From NCBI RefSeq assembly GCF_009914755.1, contig NC_060938.1: a stretch of DNA of 64,000 bases; one strand, written 5' to 3'. The position numbers and the translations under genes were made by a program. This DNA is from the human T2T-CHM13v2.0 reference genome, Homo sapiens. The notes under the pieces were generated by a model, which had not been told where the DNA came from, did no database searches, and was given only the letters and a program-made list of their open reading frames with translations. Within the stretch, counting starts at the first letter, position 1. The number at the start of each line of letters is the position of its first letter. This document shows, piece by piece, positions 23,791 through 37,410 of the stretch.

Positions 23791-26700
23791 CGATGTCCTC
23801 TCTAGGTACAGCTTCATTTTAGATGGGGGAACTCAGGTCATGTCACACAGGTGGTTATGCACTAAATATAGACTACTGTGACAGAGAAGGCAATTTTCTC
23901 CCTGGGAAAATTTTAGTTTCTCATAAAAGGCTGGTTCTGCAGAAAATCACTGAGCTGAAAACGCATAAATTACTAAGAAAACTGAACCAGATATTTGAGC
24001 AGAATTTATGTTGATAGGAGAAAACACAAAATGAGCCTTACCCTTGCTATATCTTTCAAATATGAGATAGGGATGTGCAGATGGATTTATTTAAATGTTT
24101 TCCAGCTAAACTTTTCCTATGGTTCTAAGATATATCAAGATCCTTAGAGAGGTAGACTCCAGTTCCTTGGACCTCTTCTGATGCAGAGCAGAGAAATGGC
24201 TCCAGAGTGACCAAGAGGCCACATCAAGCTTAACTTTCCTTTTGAAAGCCCTTGGACAGGGTAAACCAAGTCTGAAGAGCTGTCAGGAGAGCCACAACGT
24301 GCTCCTGCTCCTTGAGCCTCCTGAGGCACCTGCCCCGCTCAAGAAGAGCCCCTCCCATGCCACTGATGTCAACTGAATCTTCATCTGGACAAAGCCACCT
24401 GTGAGCAAGACTATCTTTCAGATGCCATCTGAAGTCATCACATGAACTAATGGGTTCTCCTGGCACGAGACCATTCAGACATGTTTACATATCAGAGAAA
24501 ATCTCATGCATCTGGATGCTCCAGAGGCAACATGGTTCTTCCCTAGAACCAACTGAGGACAGGATCCACGTGTCTTACTCACACCTACTGATTCTGTTTG
24601 TGGAATGTCATCATCCTCTTAAGACACAGATGAACATCTTAGATAAATTTCCAGATGGCTAGTCTACCCCTTGCCACTCCCGCATGGAGATAGACTTGGG
24701 TATATATGTTGCTACAGACCTGTACAGACACTTCTGAATATGTTTATCATCTCTATATGGGCTCTTTATTTCTGACCATGCATTGACCTTGACTACTTTA
24801 AGAAGAGGCAGGAAATGATAAGATGAATCAAGAAGTAAAAAACAAATTAGAAAAACAAAGAGGAGAGGATAAAGTAGAGGATAAATTAGAGGGTTTGGGG
24901 GTCTCTGAAAGATGAGAAAGAGGCTGATTACTGCATAGATTTTTTTTTTCTTTTCTGTTCCAAAGCCAGGGTCTCTGTTGTAGAACTGCTGACAAAAAAT
25001 ACAAATAATGCCTGCATCACAGACTATCATAGGGAGAAAAGAGAAGTAATAATTTTTCACCTTTGGACTTCACTGCTTGCAAAGCCTCTCCTATGTCTTA
25101 CTTAATTGATCCTCACCACACCTCATTTTCCAGGAAACTGAGGCCAAATGGTTTAAGTGATTTGCTTAAGGTCACAGAGCTCTAAACAGAATGTGTCTAC
25201 CAATGTCAACCCAGGCTCTGCCCTACACCACACTCCCTCTTGCATCACCATGTAAATCCAAGAAAGAACATTGGTCGTGCCATCAACCAGGCACACAATT
25301 GAGGATGAATTACAACCTCTTTAGGGCTCGGTATCTTCACCTGGAAAATGAGGTTACACTAGAAACAGATGATCTACAGTTCCAAAAGTCTGTGAATCAG
25401 AAGTCTGCACATCTATGAATTTTAACAAACTACTATTTTTAAGTTGCCAGTTATGCTTTATTAGTGGGTCATGAAATTAATTTAGTGAGTAGCCAACATT
25501 TCCTTTTTTTAAAAATGAAGCAGAGCAGAAAAGGTTGGAATAGATTAAGGTAATGTAAGGTAGGATAAAATGGAGTAGGGTTGGATAGGATGGAAGAAAA
25601 TGTCAGAATGTATCCCATGTAGTAAGGGTGAAGGTTGTTTTGTAAAACCGTGTATATGTACTGAGTCACAATATAAAACTTATTTTTTACTATGGCACAC
25701 AGTGAAAAATGATTGAAACCTAGATTTAAATTATAGACTCACATGACACATTATCATGGAGTTTTACTGTAGTCCCCAAATATATGTACATTTGCTGCTT
25801 TTTGTGGATTATTTTGTCTGTGGTTTGACTTTCTCTTTCCTCCTTGGTATCTTTCCCCTTAGACCAGGAGTTCTCATGCCCTCCTTCCCTTTCTCACTTG
25901 CGGAGCATCCACCCTCTTTGGGGAGGTTTCTGGCTGCTGCCAGGGAGGGGGGTTCTGAAGGAGGAGAAGGTGTCAAGGTGTTAGATGGAATTGCAGGCTC
26001 TGTCAAGCTTATCACATCTGGTTTCCTGAAAGGAGAAACACAAAGGATGAAGAAAGTCTAGTTGATAATACTGAAGGCCCTGGAGTTTCTGGACAATAGT
26101 GTCATTGTCTGGGAGGGACAGGGCTACAATTATCTACATTTCTGGCTCATCCACCTACTCCTCACAGGGGGATGACTAATGTAAGTGTGTCCCAAGTCTT
26201 CAAATAAGGATCTCTCAGATGGAGCCTATGTTGAAAGGGGTTTGTATTTTACATATTTGTATAAATGGGGGCATGTATGTATAACTGGGGGTTGTTTCTG
26301 CTTTCCCAAGGCTGAATACCCAAAAGAAACGATCTAAAAATCACACAAGAAATTAAAGTTTGGGGAGGGAATTGAGGACTAGGACTGCTAGTCTGTTGCT
26401 CAAAACCACTCTCCCCAAAGAAGGACTGCCCCCCTCTAGTTCAAGTTTAAGCAGATGAGACAGGATCTCCATGGGGCTGAATAGGATTCCATGACCCTGG
26501 AGCCCCCCATGGCAGATTTCCAATTGTTTCTCTTTCCTTGATCCTCTCAGGTACAATAGCTCTCATTTTCTGTGTAATTCAAAGTTTGAAGTCAAGGTCG
26601 GTGACTAGAAAATGAAGCTTCCTGTGCTATCAGATTCTCGGTCATTCAATGTCTGAGATGAAGGTCGGTTAAAAACGTTTGACTGAGACCTTTAATTCTA

Positions 26701-28959
26701 AATCATCGGGGTGGAAACTGGAGATGTAGCATCCTAATTCTTCCTATCAGTCTGGTCTCAGGACAGCTTGGTTTGGAATAATGTTCAGGAAATTATTAAT
26801 AATGAGAAAACGTTGTTCCTAGTAGCCACAGTCTATTAAAGAGATGTGAAATATAAGTGGAATCTCATGGGTTCTGCATAAATATTCTCTTTTGTTCCCT
26901 CAGTGACAAAACTGGTATCTCCTTCAAGGCGCTGCAGGTAAAGATGAGATGAGGGCAGTCCCCCAGGTTCTACTTGGCTCCGTGCACTGAGCTCTGTGCA
27001 CAGAGGATCACAGTGTCCATTTCAGATCTGCCTGGCAATGGTGTCTTGCCAAGTACTACTGTGTTAGGCAGCCCCTGGTGGCCCTATAAAATGGTTGACC
27101 TACTATTGACCTGCTCTGTGTCACTGGTGCTCAAGAGGAGTCTCTCTGGCTAAATGCTCATGGGCCCCATGATAGATTGTAATAAAGATTATAAAGGCAC
27201 AACCAAGGCCTAATAGCTCCCAACTGTCCTACAGTACAAGGAACATCAGTGAGCCCCTTCAGGGATGCAGGCAGGTTAAGTCAGCAATGACTACATGGCT
27301 CTTCCACCAGGCACAACTCCCTTCCCAAGTCCCATATCCTAAAAAGAAGGCCAAATGGTCCACCAAGGTCAGCCCAATATTTTTGCAAAAACAAACCTTT
27401 TCTTAATTAATTATCCGATCCAAACGTAACTGCCAAAAATTTCCACAGGTGAAAATTTTGTATAATCTTCATGATAAAAAAATGACTTGCCAGAAATTAC
27501 CTTTCTGTGCTTATGGCTGGACAAGAGACATTAGACATCATTCCTGTCCTGATCATAGTCAAATAAGTTAAACGCTTGCAGATGGGAGAACAAAGCATTA
27601 AGAAGATATTTAGATTAGATAAAATCAACATTAAAATCATGTGTAAGACATGAGAAAGTTACCAAAGATGACAGGAAAGGGCACTGGTGGGACACATTGG
27701 GAAAGGGTAGAAAAGGTGTTAATAGTTTTAATTACCTACTATGCGTCACACACTGTGTTAGCTATCATACAGCTTTTATTTCATTTAACTTTTATAACAG
27801 CCTTGGAGGGAAGGCATTATTATCTCCTTTTAACAAATGAGGAAGCTGACGTTTAGTGATTAAATAATTTGTCCTAATATCTATCTCCTATGGATATTGT
27901 AAAGATTAAATGAAATGATGCAAGTAAGTCCTTGGAACTCTTGTTATAATTCCCAACGTATATTTCATCATTGCTTAGGTTTTCTCCACCTTGAAAAGTC
28001 TGCAACTGTTACTGTTAGCTCAGTGGATATTTGTCATTGAAAGAGACCTCATGGCACAGTCAAGATGGCAGCCTAGGGCAGGGAGCTAGACTCCATAGCC
28101 CATTACTCCCTCAAGCATGGTTTTATTTGTTTATATCTGTCCTCATTCTTTGCAATATTATGAGATGGGTCACAGGGAACAAATGTACATTTAAAACTCA
28201 AGATCAAGAAAATAAAAATATATCAAGAAAAGGCCAAAAACAAATATATGGAGACCATAAGAGTCTGGGAAGCTGCTCTAGCTGAATCCTGATGTACTGG
28301 GAACAGAGTTTTCTGAGCATCAACACAGAGGGAGGCTGAATAACTTACCCAGCTTTCCTTGCTCAAGAGGAAGAAAATGTACCAGTTCCTTAAGGGAAGT
28401 AAAGTGTGTCCTTAAATTTATGCATCAAATAAATTTTTCACATGAAACTTCATGTTAGACACATTACATAGATAATGACTTCAATAACAGAAAATGCAGT
28501 CATAGTTTCAATAGGGCTCCCTCTTGTAATATCTCTCAGTGAAAGCCAGCAGGATAACAAAACACAGTTCAGTGAACACAGCCTGCTGGAGGCCAAGCAA
28601 GATGGTCCAAATGCATTTTTCCTACAATCTGGTTTGATCAAAGAGTGAAGAACAGAAAGTCTGAAGAAATGAATAGAGTTTTCAACAATCTTCCATAGAG
28701 AGTTCTATCTTAATGGAAAATGCTAGAACTGTCAGTCATTGCCTGTCCCACTCTCCAACTCACCCCCTTCTAAGGAATGTACTCTACCAAGCCACCATGA
28801 CCCCACTTGCACAAGACACAGGGCAGGCATTTCATCACATGGCCAGAGACCTGTGCTGCCTGGCTTCAAAGATGAGCAGAGCTGGTCATAGTATTCCCCA
28901 AGAATTTGAATTTACAGCACTAGTTGGAAACAGGGGCCACAGCTGAATGGACTGAAGGG

Positions 28960-29312
28960 CAAGGGTGGGAGAGGCTGTAATGGCCATGTGCTGAATTTAA
29001 GGGAGAGGGAAACAGAAGATACCACTTCTGAAAAAGGCTGCTGGTAAAGCGGGAGCCCAGAGCACATAGACACACACACAGAGACACTGGGTGAGGGAGA
29101 GACCATCCAGTTCTTGACAGAGAGATGGTGATCATGCTGTCTCCCCAGGGGGCTGCCTCAAACCCAAAATACCTCCCATTTGCAGAACTGGTTGTGATGA
29201 GAGACTTCTTTTTTAAATTCCCAGGAGAAACCTGGATCCTTAAAATAAACTCCCATTTTCTTGGGTGAAGTTGAGTGAGCATTCCGTGTAACCAAGTGAT
29301 CCTTACTAAAAC
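28960..29312 (+). mobile_element. Old MLT1-like LTR remnant
   Basis: 3' end aataaactcccatttt...gtaaccaagtgatccttactaaaaca. Confidence 0.45.
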
Positions 29313-29429
29313 ATGGGCTTTTAATAAGAGTTGAGCAACAGACAGTACAATGTTCTAGTCTCTAGATTGCAGGCATTTGTGTTGTCAAGTGAGGGCAGAT
29401 TGAATACATGAGAGATCAAAACAGATGTT

Positions 29430-29730
29430 ATAACACACATCAACTTGGATGAATCTTAAAGGTATTATGCTGAGTGAAAGAAGCCAGTCTCAGAAAGTTA
29501 CACACTGTATGATTCCATTTCTATGTCATTCTTGAAAAGACAAAATGATAGTGATAGAGGAGAGATCAGCAGCTCCCCAGGGCAGGGGTAGGGGGAGAAT
29601 GTGACTGTAAAAAGGCAGTAGAAAGGAGTTTTGGGGGCGGTAGTACTGGATATCCTGATTGTAGTCGTGGTTACACAAATCTATATCTGTATTTAAAGTC
29701 ATAGAACTACAAGTAGAAAAGAAAAAAAGA
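29430..29730 (+). mobile_element. Old L1 (L1MB-L1MD-like) 3' end
   Basis: ggatgaatcttaaaggtattatgctgagtgaaagaagccag...tgtatgattccattt. Confidence 0.8.
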
Positions 29731-30739
29731 TGGAGAGAGAGAGAGTTGAACTCTTGAGTTAGAAGGGTCACTGATCAGAATTTCAGCCAAACCAGGAGGG
29801 TCAATTCTAGGCAAAATTGTCTTGACATAAGGCACTACTTTCTACTCTTAGCCTTACCCTTGTAGTCCTCAATACCTCCTTCTCTTCTCCTGGCTGGCAT
29901 TGCCAGAGGTGAGGGATGTTTTAATAGCTAGGATCAGAAGGTCTTGCCATCCCTTCTAAAATCCCACTGTAAATACAAACAATCTATTCTTCCTACAGAT
30001 GGTCTTGGTATGGGAAGAAACAAGATGGCTTAGAAGTAGCACTAAAATTCCTCAGAGATATGGAAAGAAAAATCTCTAAGCAGGAAACATGCTAATACCA
30101 GAGTAGAGAGAATTAGGGTAAAAGCAGCTTTTTCTATAATTAGAATGACTATGTCCAGGATTTGGGGTTGGATTTACAGATGGGAAGGAAAGGACTTTGG
30201 CAGAATGGGCCTTGGGTCTTCCTGGTGAGGCTAGAAGTGTCCATACACATGGTGCAGCTTCCTGGTCTCAGCCAACAAGGACACCTTGCTTTGCATCACT
30301 CCATTCTCCACACAGGCATTTCCTTTAGGAATCTTGCAGAGAAGCATGGCTGGGACAGCCCAGAGAATAGACATTTCTGTGTTCCTAGCCAAATGGCATG
30401 ATAATACTGCCAAAATTTTACCCCAGTGTTTTATTTCTGACAGTGGTGTCTTTATGTGCTTGTATGCCTTGTGCTGAGCACAGTGGTTTGCCATAATAGC
30501 ACACAGCAAGTAATAAAAATGTAGTGAGTGAGTGAGCAGAGAGAGGCAAATAGAGAAAGGGAGGGATGGAAGAGGGAGGGAGGACCACATGCAGCATAAG
30601 ACTCACTCCCTCAGGGAATGTGTGATCTGACCTTGGCAGTCACTCATTCAGCAGTTAGTCATTGAGTGTTGGCTTGACAGCTTCCTTTCACCTTTGCATA
30701 TCCACTTTCCACCCTCATCCACACTACTCGTGCCTCAGA

Positions 30740-31160
30740 TACCCAACTGTAGAGACTGCATGAAGAGGGTACCCTTGTCCCCTGGCTGGACTCCAGTCAG
30801 GTACAGTCACTGGGGAGCACCAGCAGGAGATAAAAGGAGGGAGGAGAGTTACACTGGAGAATTAACCCCCCACCTCCAGCTCCCTCTCTAAGGGGTTGCC
30901 ATGGGCAGGCTGCAGCCCTTCTATAAAGTGGCCCTGTTCACACAGCTCTCTGTGTCTCTGGGTTACAGAAACTCCTCCCCCATTCAACCATCAGACTTGG
31001 GGTGATAATGACTCTCCACTGTCATTAACTTGGGTGCTGCACCATACCTTCTGGTTTGATACATCCTGCCCACACCTTGGTAAGTAATCATTATGGAAAA
31101 CTATGAATTACCTCTATTTGAGTACACCATTTGCTTTCTGCCAGGACCCTGTTGATGCAA
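30740..31160 (+). mobile_element. ERVL LTR remnant (LTR41-like)
   Basis: 3' end tttgagtacaccatttgctttctgccaggaccctgttgatgca. Confidence 0.45.
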
Positions 31161-31689
31161 GTGCCACTCATGTGCCAGACACTACACTAATCTCTGGGGC
31201 TCCAAATACAGATTAGACAGAGCTCCTCTAGGAGGTTACACTGTAGTAGATGACAGGTGCATAACAGCAAATTCTTATGCAGGCTGGTGTGTGTAGTGAA
31301 GGAGCTATGCACAGGCTAGTGCTATTGAAAGTGGGTTTCTGAAAATTAGGCTAGAATCTGCCTCTCAGCAAAGCAGTGGAGAGCTCCCTCTGTGCACTGC
31401 AGAAAATCCAGAGATAATGCCCACAGAGCTCATCTTGCTCAGCTTTTTACTGGTCCTTAGAAGAGCAAGGAATGGCTTATTTGATACTTCCAATTTGGAG
31501 TTGCAGGAACAAAAGCAAGTTCAACATGAAATCTAGCTATTCAACTAACTATACTCTTTAGATTCTCCCACTAGCTCACTACAGTCTTTTAATTAGGGTT
31601 TTTAGCTTCTTTTTATTCTATCCCTGTTTGCTCATTTCTTAGTAATTTCTTAACTTTTTTGACTTAAGAAATATTACAGTACTTTTTTT

Positions 31690-32080
31690 TACACAAGGAG
31701 AGATTTATTTTTCTTACGTGACAAGGTTAGAGATAGGCTATTGCTGCTGTTGTTTTAGCTGCTCATAAGTGTTATGAAGACCCAGTTTCCTTCTATATTT
31801 CTGCTCCACCAACTTCAGTGTGTTAGCTTTTTGTCTTTGTGCTTGCCATCTCGTGGTTGCAAGATGACAGCCTCACCCCAAGCATCATGGGCAAGTTCAA
31901 GGAAAGAAGGAGGAGTTAGGTAAGTTCTCTCCTGCTTATACCATTTCTCAAGACAGCAAAGATGTTTCAGATGCTCCAAGTAGACTTACTCTTATATCTT
32001 ATTGGCTAGAAGGACAGAAGCAGTTCATGTGATCACCTCTAGCTGCAAGCAATGCTGGGAAATTGAGTATCTGGTTTTCA
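31690..32080 (-). mobile_element. MLT1 LTR remnant
   Basis: atttatttttcttacgtgacaag...tggttgcaagatgacagc...agctgcaagcaatgctgggaaa. Confidence 0.55.
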
Positions 32081-32599
32081 CTTTTGTGTCTGGTTGCCCT
32101 CTCCTCCTGCTGTTGCAGAGTTTCTCTTCTTTTCTTTTTTTTCACCTAGAATAATCTCTTTGTACCTATTCAGCTCACTAAAGCGATACTTTACATTTTT
32201 CCTGAACATGGGACATAGAGGGCTTCCTTCAGTTGTCACTCAACTTTCTCTTTATTGGGAGATATTAGTATGCTCTGAATGACAGCAAAAGCTTTAGCTA
32301 TAATAACCCCATGTAAAATAAAAGGATATCTATGTTAGTGTATGAAACAGTAGCAATACACAGTTTGCAATACACAGTAGCAATACAGTTTGGAGTATCT
32401 AAACTGTAACTTGAATGGATCCTCAGATAAGTAACAACAAAAGACTGTTAACATTTTTTAAAAACTTGGTAGAAAGTCAGATAAGACTCAAAAACAACGG
32501 GCAAAGGAGAATGAGAAGACCACATACACCAGAACTGGCCACCCACTAGTTATCTGCCATCTTACATGGTCACTGTCTTCTCAGACACTGACATGCATT

Positions 32600-32850
32600 G
32601 GAGGTGGCATGGCATAAGGGTCAAGAGCAGGGGATCTGAAGCTACACCTTGGAGTTACCACTTTCTAGTTCCATGATCTTGGGCAGGTTCCTTAGGCAAG
32701 GTTCCTCAGCTTCCTTGCCTGTTTTGGAGATCATAATAGTACCTACTTCGTAGATTGTGAAGATTTAATGAAACATACATACAAAGCACTTTAAACAGTG
32801 TCTGGCTCACAATAAGCATTTAATAAATATTTTGAATAGCAGTTGTTATT
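32600..32850 (+). mobile_element. MIR
   Basis: catgatcttgggcagg...ataatagtacctacttcgtagattgtgaagatt...acagtgtctggc. Confidence 0.75.
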
Positions 32851-34708
32851 GCTGTAGTAGTTTTTGTTGTTGTCATTATTATTATTATAATTGGAACTTA
32901 AAGTAGCTTCAACATGAGTGGTACTGAGAGGCCACTACAGAAGAGTGAGAGTTCATGGCCAGGTTGCAGTTCCTTTTTGCCCACTGACAAACTGAGTGAA
33001 TCTAAGTTAAGTCATTTTTCCTTCTCTGGGCTCAGCTCTCTATGTTGGTGCTAAACACCTTGGAGTCCTAAAATTCTAGAATCCTATCCTCAGAGTTTAG
33101 CCCCTGATATTCCTTTTGAAGCGTTCACTCAAACAAGCCATCCAGCTGGTACTACTCAGATCCCATTGACTATAGAACAAGGAAAAGTCTACCACAAATG
33201 AGGAACCTCAGAGTACAGAATCCACCCCTGGAGGTAAACTAGACACCTGCCTTAGCTTGGTTCCTTTTAACATAAATGTACAACTTCAATTTCCACTTCA
33301 CCCATTTTACTCCCAGGAAAATTAATCTCTCTTAGTCCCTGACTATTCATAACAGCTACTATTTATGAGTGCCTGTAACGTGCCAAGAACCTTGTATTCA
33401 TTATTGATAATATTTTCAACATCATTGCAAAACAGCTATCATTGTCTTCATTTTACTGATTGTTACACTATAAATGAAATTTAAGACAAGATTTCTAAGA
33501 TCATACAGCAAAATTCACGGGGCTGGTTTTTCAAATAAGGTTTCTTTTTAGTCTAAAAACCAAATTCTATCTTACAACCTCTGGGTGTCCACCAGATCTG
33601 CTCTCTCCAGAGACCCTGAAATCATGATCTACACATGCCTCGTTCCCATTCCTACCCCGCCAACTGCCTTAAGTGAGCACTCATCTATAGATTCAGCATC
33701 ACCCCATGCTCCAAAACCAGTGCTGTTCCCAGACTTGGTGAATTCAAGAAGTCTTAAAGAGAAATGCTTAATGCTCAGCATCTAAACAACTTAGTCTCTG
33801 GTCTCTTTCTGACTACATATATTAATTTTACTTACATGTCACTTACCTTGTTACCAATACCTTCCTGGTACCTCAGCCTCAGGGACTAGGCCCCCATATC
33901 TACTATTCAAGAGTCCAGGTATAATACTGCTCAGAAATCCCATTGTCACCTCTCTCCAGAAATAGCTGCTATCTTCCAGATGTCTGCCCTTGACAAACCC
34001 CAAGCTCTCCTGCTTCTTTCTTGATGCATTTACTTATTTATTGAGCCCTGGTATGAGCCAGCCCCATGTTTCCTTCATTCTTCTCCAGAGCCTCAACATA
34101 TTCTGTTCACACATCCCTGTCTGCCACCTAACCACAGCTAACCCATCTCTGATTATTGACTACTTAATACAAATTAACAAGGCAATTATTTACCATTAAA
34201 ATATTTTTAACACCACAAATTGGGATACAATTTCCAATTAAAATTTATTTATCCCTTCTAGCTACAGATGAAGTATGGCTTATTGGATCCTAAACACCAG
34301 GGTAGACTATTCATCTTAAAGGGTGCCTGATGATTCCTTCAAGGTGTATGTTCTGTGAATGGTGGTGCATCACACTGGTGAAGAACTGAGCCAATAAGTA
34401 GAAGGAAGAAATGATCAACACTAAGGAAATTTAGAGCCAAAGGATTGACTATGGATTCAGGCAGGCCTGGGTTTGAATCCTGTCCTCACCTCTCACTAGC
34501 CCACTAGTATGGCAATTTACAAACGTCCTCCCACCCCCCAACTTCTGAGTATATATCCAAAAGAACTAAAATCAGGACCCTGAAAACATATCTGCATTCC
34601 CATGTTCACTGCAGCATTATTCCCAATAGTCAAGATACAGAAACAACCTAAATGTCCATGGATAAAGAAAATGTGGATATACATGCAATGGAATATTATT
34701 CAGTCTTT

Positions 34709-34850
34709 TATTTTTTAATTTAATTTAATTTTTTAAGACAGGGTCCTGTTATGTTGCCCAGGTTGGTCTCAAACTCCTGGACTCAAGCAATCCTCCCACT
34801 TCAGCCTCCCAAAGTGCTGGGATTACAGGCATGAGCATCTATGCTTGGCC
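34709..34850 (-). mobile_element. Free left Alu monomer (FLAM-like)
   Basis: Monomeric antisense Alu flanked by degenerate TSD ttattcagtc/ttattcagcc. Confidence 0.8.
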
Positions 34851-34878
34851 TTATTCAGCCATTTAAAAGATGGAAATC

Positions 34879-35969
34879 ATGGGCAAAGACTTCATGACTA
34901 AAACACCAAAAGCAATGGCAAAAAAAACCTAAAACAGACAAATGGGATCTAATTAAACTAAACAGCTTCTGCACAGCAAAAGAAACTATCATCAGAGTGA
35001 ACAGGCAACCTACAGAATGGGAGAAAATTTTTGCAACCTACCCATCTGACAAAGGGCTAATATCCAGAATCTACAAAGAACTTAAACAAATTTACAAGAA
35101 AAAAACAAACAACCCCATCAAAAAGTGGGCAAAGGATATTAACAGACACTTCTCAAAAGAAGACGTTTATTCAGCCAACAGACACATGAAAAAATGCTCA
35201 TCATCACTGGTCATCAGAGAAATGCAAATCAAAACCACGATAAGATACCATCTCATGCCAGTTAGAATGGTGATCATTAAAAAGTCAGGAAACAACAGAT
35301 GCTGGAGAGAATGTGGAGAAATAAGAATGCTTTTACACTGTTGGTAGGAGTATAAATTAGTGCAACCACTGTGGAAGACAGTGTGGCAATTCCTCAAGGA
35401 GCTAGAACTAGAAATACCATTTGACCCAGCAATCCCACTACTGGGTACATACCCAAAGGAGTATAAATTATTCCACTATAAAGACACATGCACACGAATG
35501 TTTATTGTGGCACTATTCACAATAGCAAAGACTTGGAACCAACCCAAATGTCCATCAATGATAGACTAGATTAAGAAAATGTGGCACATAAACACCATGG
35601 AATACTATGCAGCCATAAAAAAGGATGAGTTCATGTCCTTTGCAGGGACATGGATGAAGCTGGAAACCATCATTCTCAGCAAACTGTCACAAGGACAGAA
35701 AACCAAACACTGCATGTTCTCACTCACAGTGGGGAGCTGAACAATGAGAACACACGGACACAGGGTGGGGAACATCCCACACTGGGACCTGTCAGGGGGT
35801 GGGAGACTGGGGGAGGGATAGCATTAGGAGAAATACCTAATGTAAATGTGGAGTTGATGGGTGCAGCAAACCAACATGGCACATGTATACCTACGTAACA
35901 AACCTGCACATTGTGCCCATGTACCCTAGAACTTAAAGTAGAATAAAAAAATAAAAAATAAAATAAAAT
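34879..35969 (+). mobile_element. 5'-truncated L1PA (about L1PA6-8)
   Basis: ORF2 C-terminal peptides (ORF 34997-35347); TSD aaaagatggaaatc at 34865-34878 and 35970-35983. Confidence 0.93.
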
Positions 35970-36279
35970 AAAAGATGGAAATCTACTATTTATGACAATA
36001 TGGGTAAGCCTGGAGGACATTATGCTAAGTGAAATAGGCCAGACACAGAAGGACAAATACTACATGATTCTGATTAGATGAAGTATTTAAGATAGTCACA
36101 CTCAGAAGCAGAGAGTAGAAAGTAGTTGCCAGGGAATCAGGGGAGGGAGAAATGAAGAGTTGTTCAATGGGTATAAAGCTTTAGCTGTGTAAGATGAAAA
36201 AGTTCCAGATATCCTCTGTATAACCTAGTACCTATAGTTAACAAAACTGTATTGTGTGATTTAAAAATTTATTAAGCAT

Positions 36280-36359
36280 GTTGCAGCGAACAAAGATCGT
36301 GCCACTGCACACGAGCCTGGGTGACAGAGGGAGACTCCGTCTCAAAAAAAAAAAAAAAA
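36280..36359 (+). mobile_element. Severely 5'-truncated Alu (last ~65 nt plus polyA)
   Basis: gttgcagcgaacaaagatcgtgccactgcac...ctcaaaa; approximate TSD aaaaatt(t)at(t/c)aag. Confidence 0.8.
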
Positions 36360-36548
36360 TTATCAAGAGGGTAGATCTCTTGTTAAATGTTCTTACCACA
36401 AAAATGAGGGGACATAAGAAAACTTTTGGTGGTGATGGATATGTTTATTACCCTGAATGTGGTGACAATGTCATGGGTGTATGCATATTTACAAACTTAT
36501 AAAATTGTGTACATTAAATATGTGCAGAATTTTGTAATAAATAAAAAT

Positions 36549-36810
36549 GTAGCTCCAAAATTCTTTGACACTCTTCCCATCAAAAGGTGGATATATATTC
36601 TGGACTCTGTGACTGTTTAACCAAAGGAATATAGCAGAAGTGAGGCTATGCCAGTTTCCAGGCCCAGGCCTTAAGAAACTATCTTCTACTTCCTGTCTCT
36701 TAAGATGCTTATATTGGATCCCAGCCACCATACTGTGAGGAAGCCCAAGCCACCCCATAGTGAGGCCCACATGGAGAGAAACCAAGAGCTGGCATGCTCT
36801 TGGTTTACCA
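36549..36810 (+). mobile_element. MLT1 (MLT1E/F-like) LTR fragment
   Basis: ctccaaaattctttgacactcttcccatcaaaaggtgg...cccagccaccatactgtgaggaagccc. Confidence 0.65.
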
Positions 36811-36914
36811 CAAAGATAAAGTGAGACAGTGGACATAAACCTAACGTAGAGTTTATTATGAGTATTTAATGAGATAGTGGATTTGAAGTGCCTCACCTAT
36901 ATCTAACACACAGA

Positions 36915-37300
36915 GTGTCTCAAATCACATCCCCTAGAAGCCAACCCTGACACAAAGATTCATGTACATGTGATTCATTAAGTGTTCCCAGGAAGACCCA
37001 TTAAGAGCATGGGGAAAACAGGCATGGAAGAGGCTGAAGAAAGCAAAGGTGCAGTTTTGGGTCATGTTCATAGAAAGGGGGTTCAGCTTGATTCTGCAGG
37101 GGAATTCTGGAGGGTAAGTTACACCTGTGCCAAGTGCATGGAGTTTTCATGCTCCTGAACCCATCAGTTACTGGTTAAGAGCCACCCCTTGGGAGCATAA
37201 ATGCCCAGGCACCTCTGCCTCTCTGTGTGGCAAAGCAGGCTCCAGCAGCCTGAAGAAGGTAGCCTGACAGTGGTACCCCAAAACAGATGTCGGTGCTGGC
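36915..37300 (-). mobile_element. ERVL LTR (LTR33-like)
   Basis: Homologous to 290-700 (cccctagaagcc...gattcatgtacatgtgattcattaag...ggggaattctggag). Confidence 0.5.
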
Positions 37301-37353
37301 TGTTGAAAGAGAACACACACCAAAATCCAGGTTGCTACACCCTTTGCACCCCT

Positions 37354-37410
37354 TACACACATACGCACACACACAGACACACAAACACACACACCACCAC
37401 CACCACCACC
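37354..37410. repeat. Imperfect (CA)n/(CAC)n microsatellite
   Basis: acacacatacgcacacacacagacacacaaacacacacaccaccaccacc. Confidence 0.85.

Larger units (their letters stand above)
34535..36548 (+). mobile_element. L1MA/L1MB 3' end carrying three nested insertions
   Basis: Continuous L1M 3'UTR (gttcactgcagcattattc...ggaggacattatgctaagtgaaataggccagacac...gtacattaaatatgtgca) once the insertions are removed. Confidence 0.85.
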
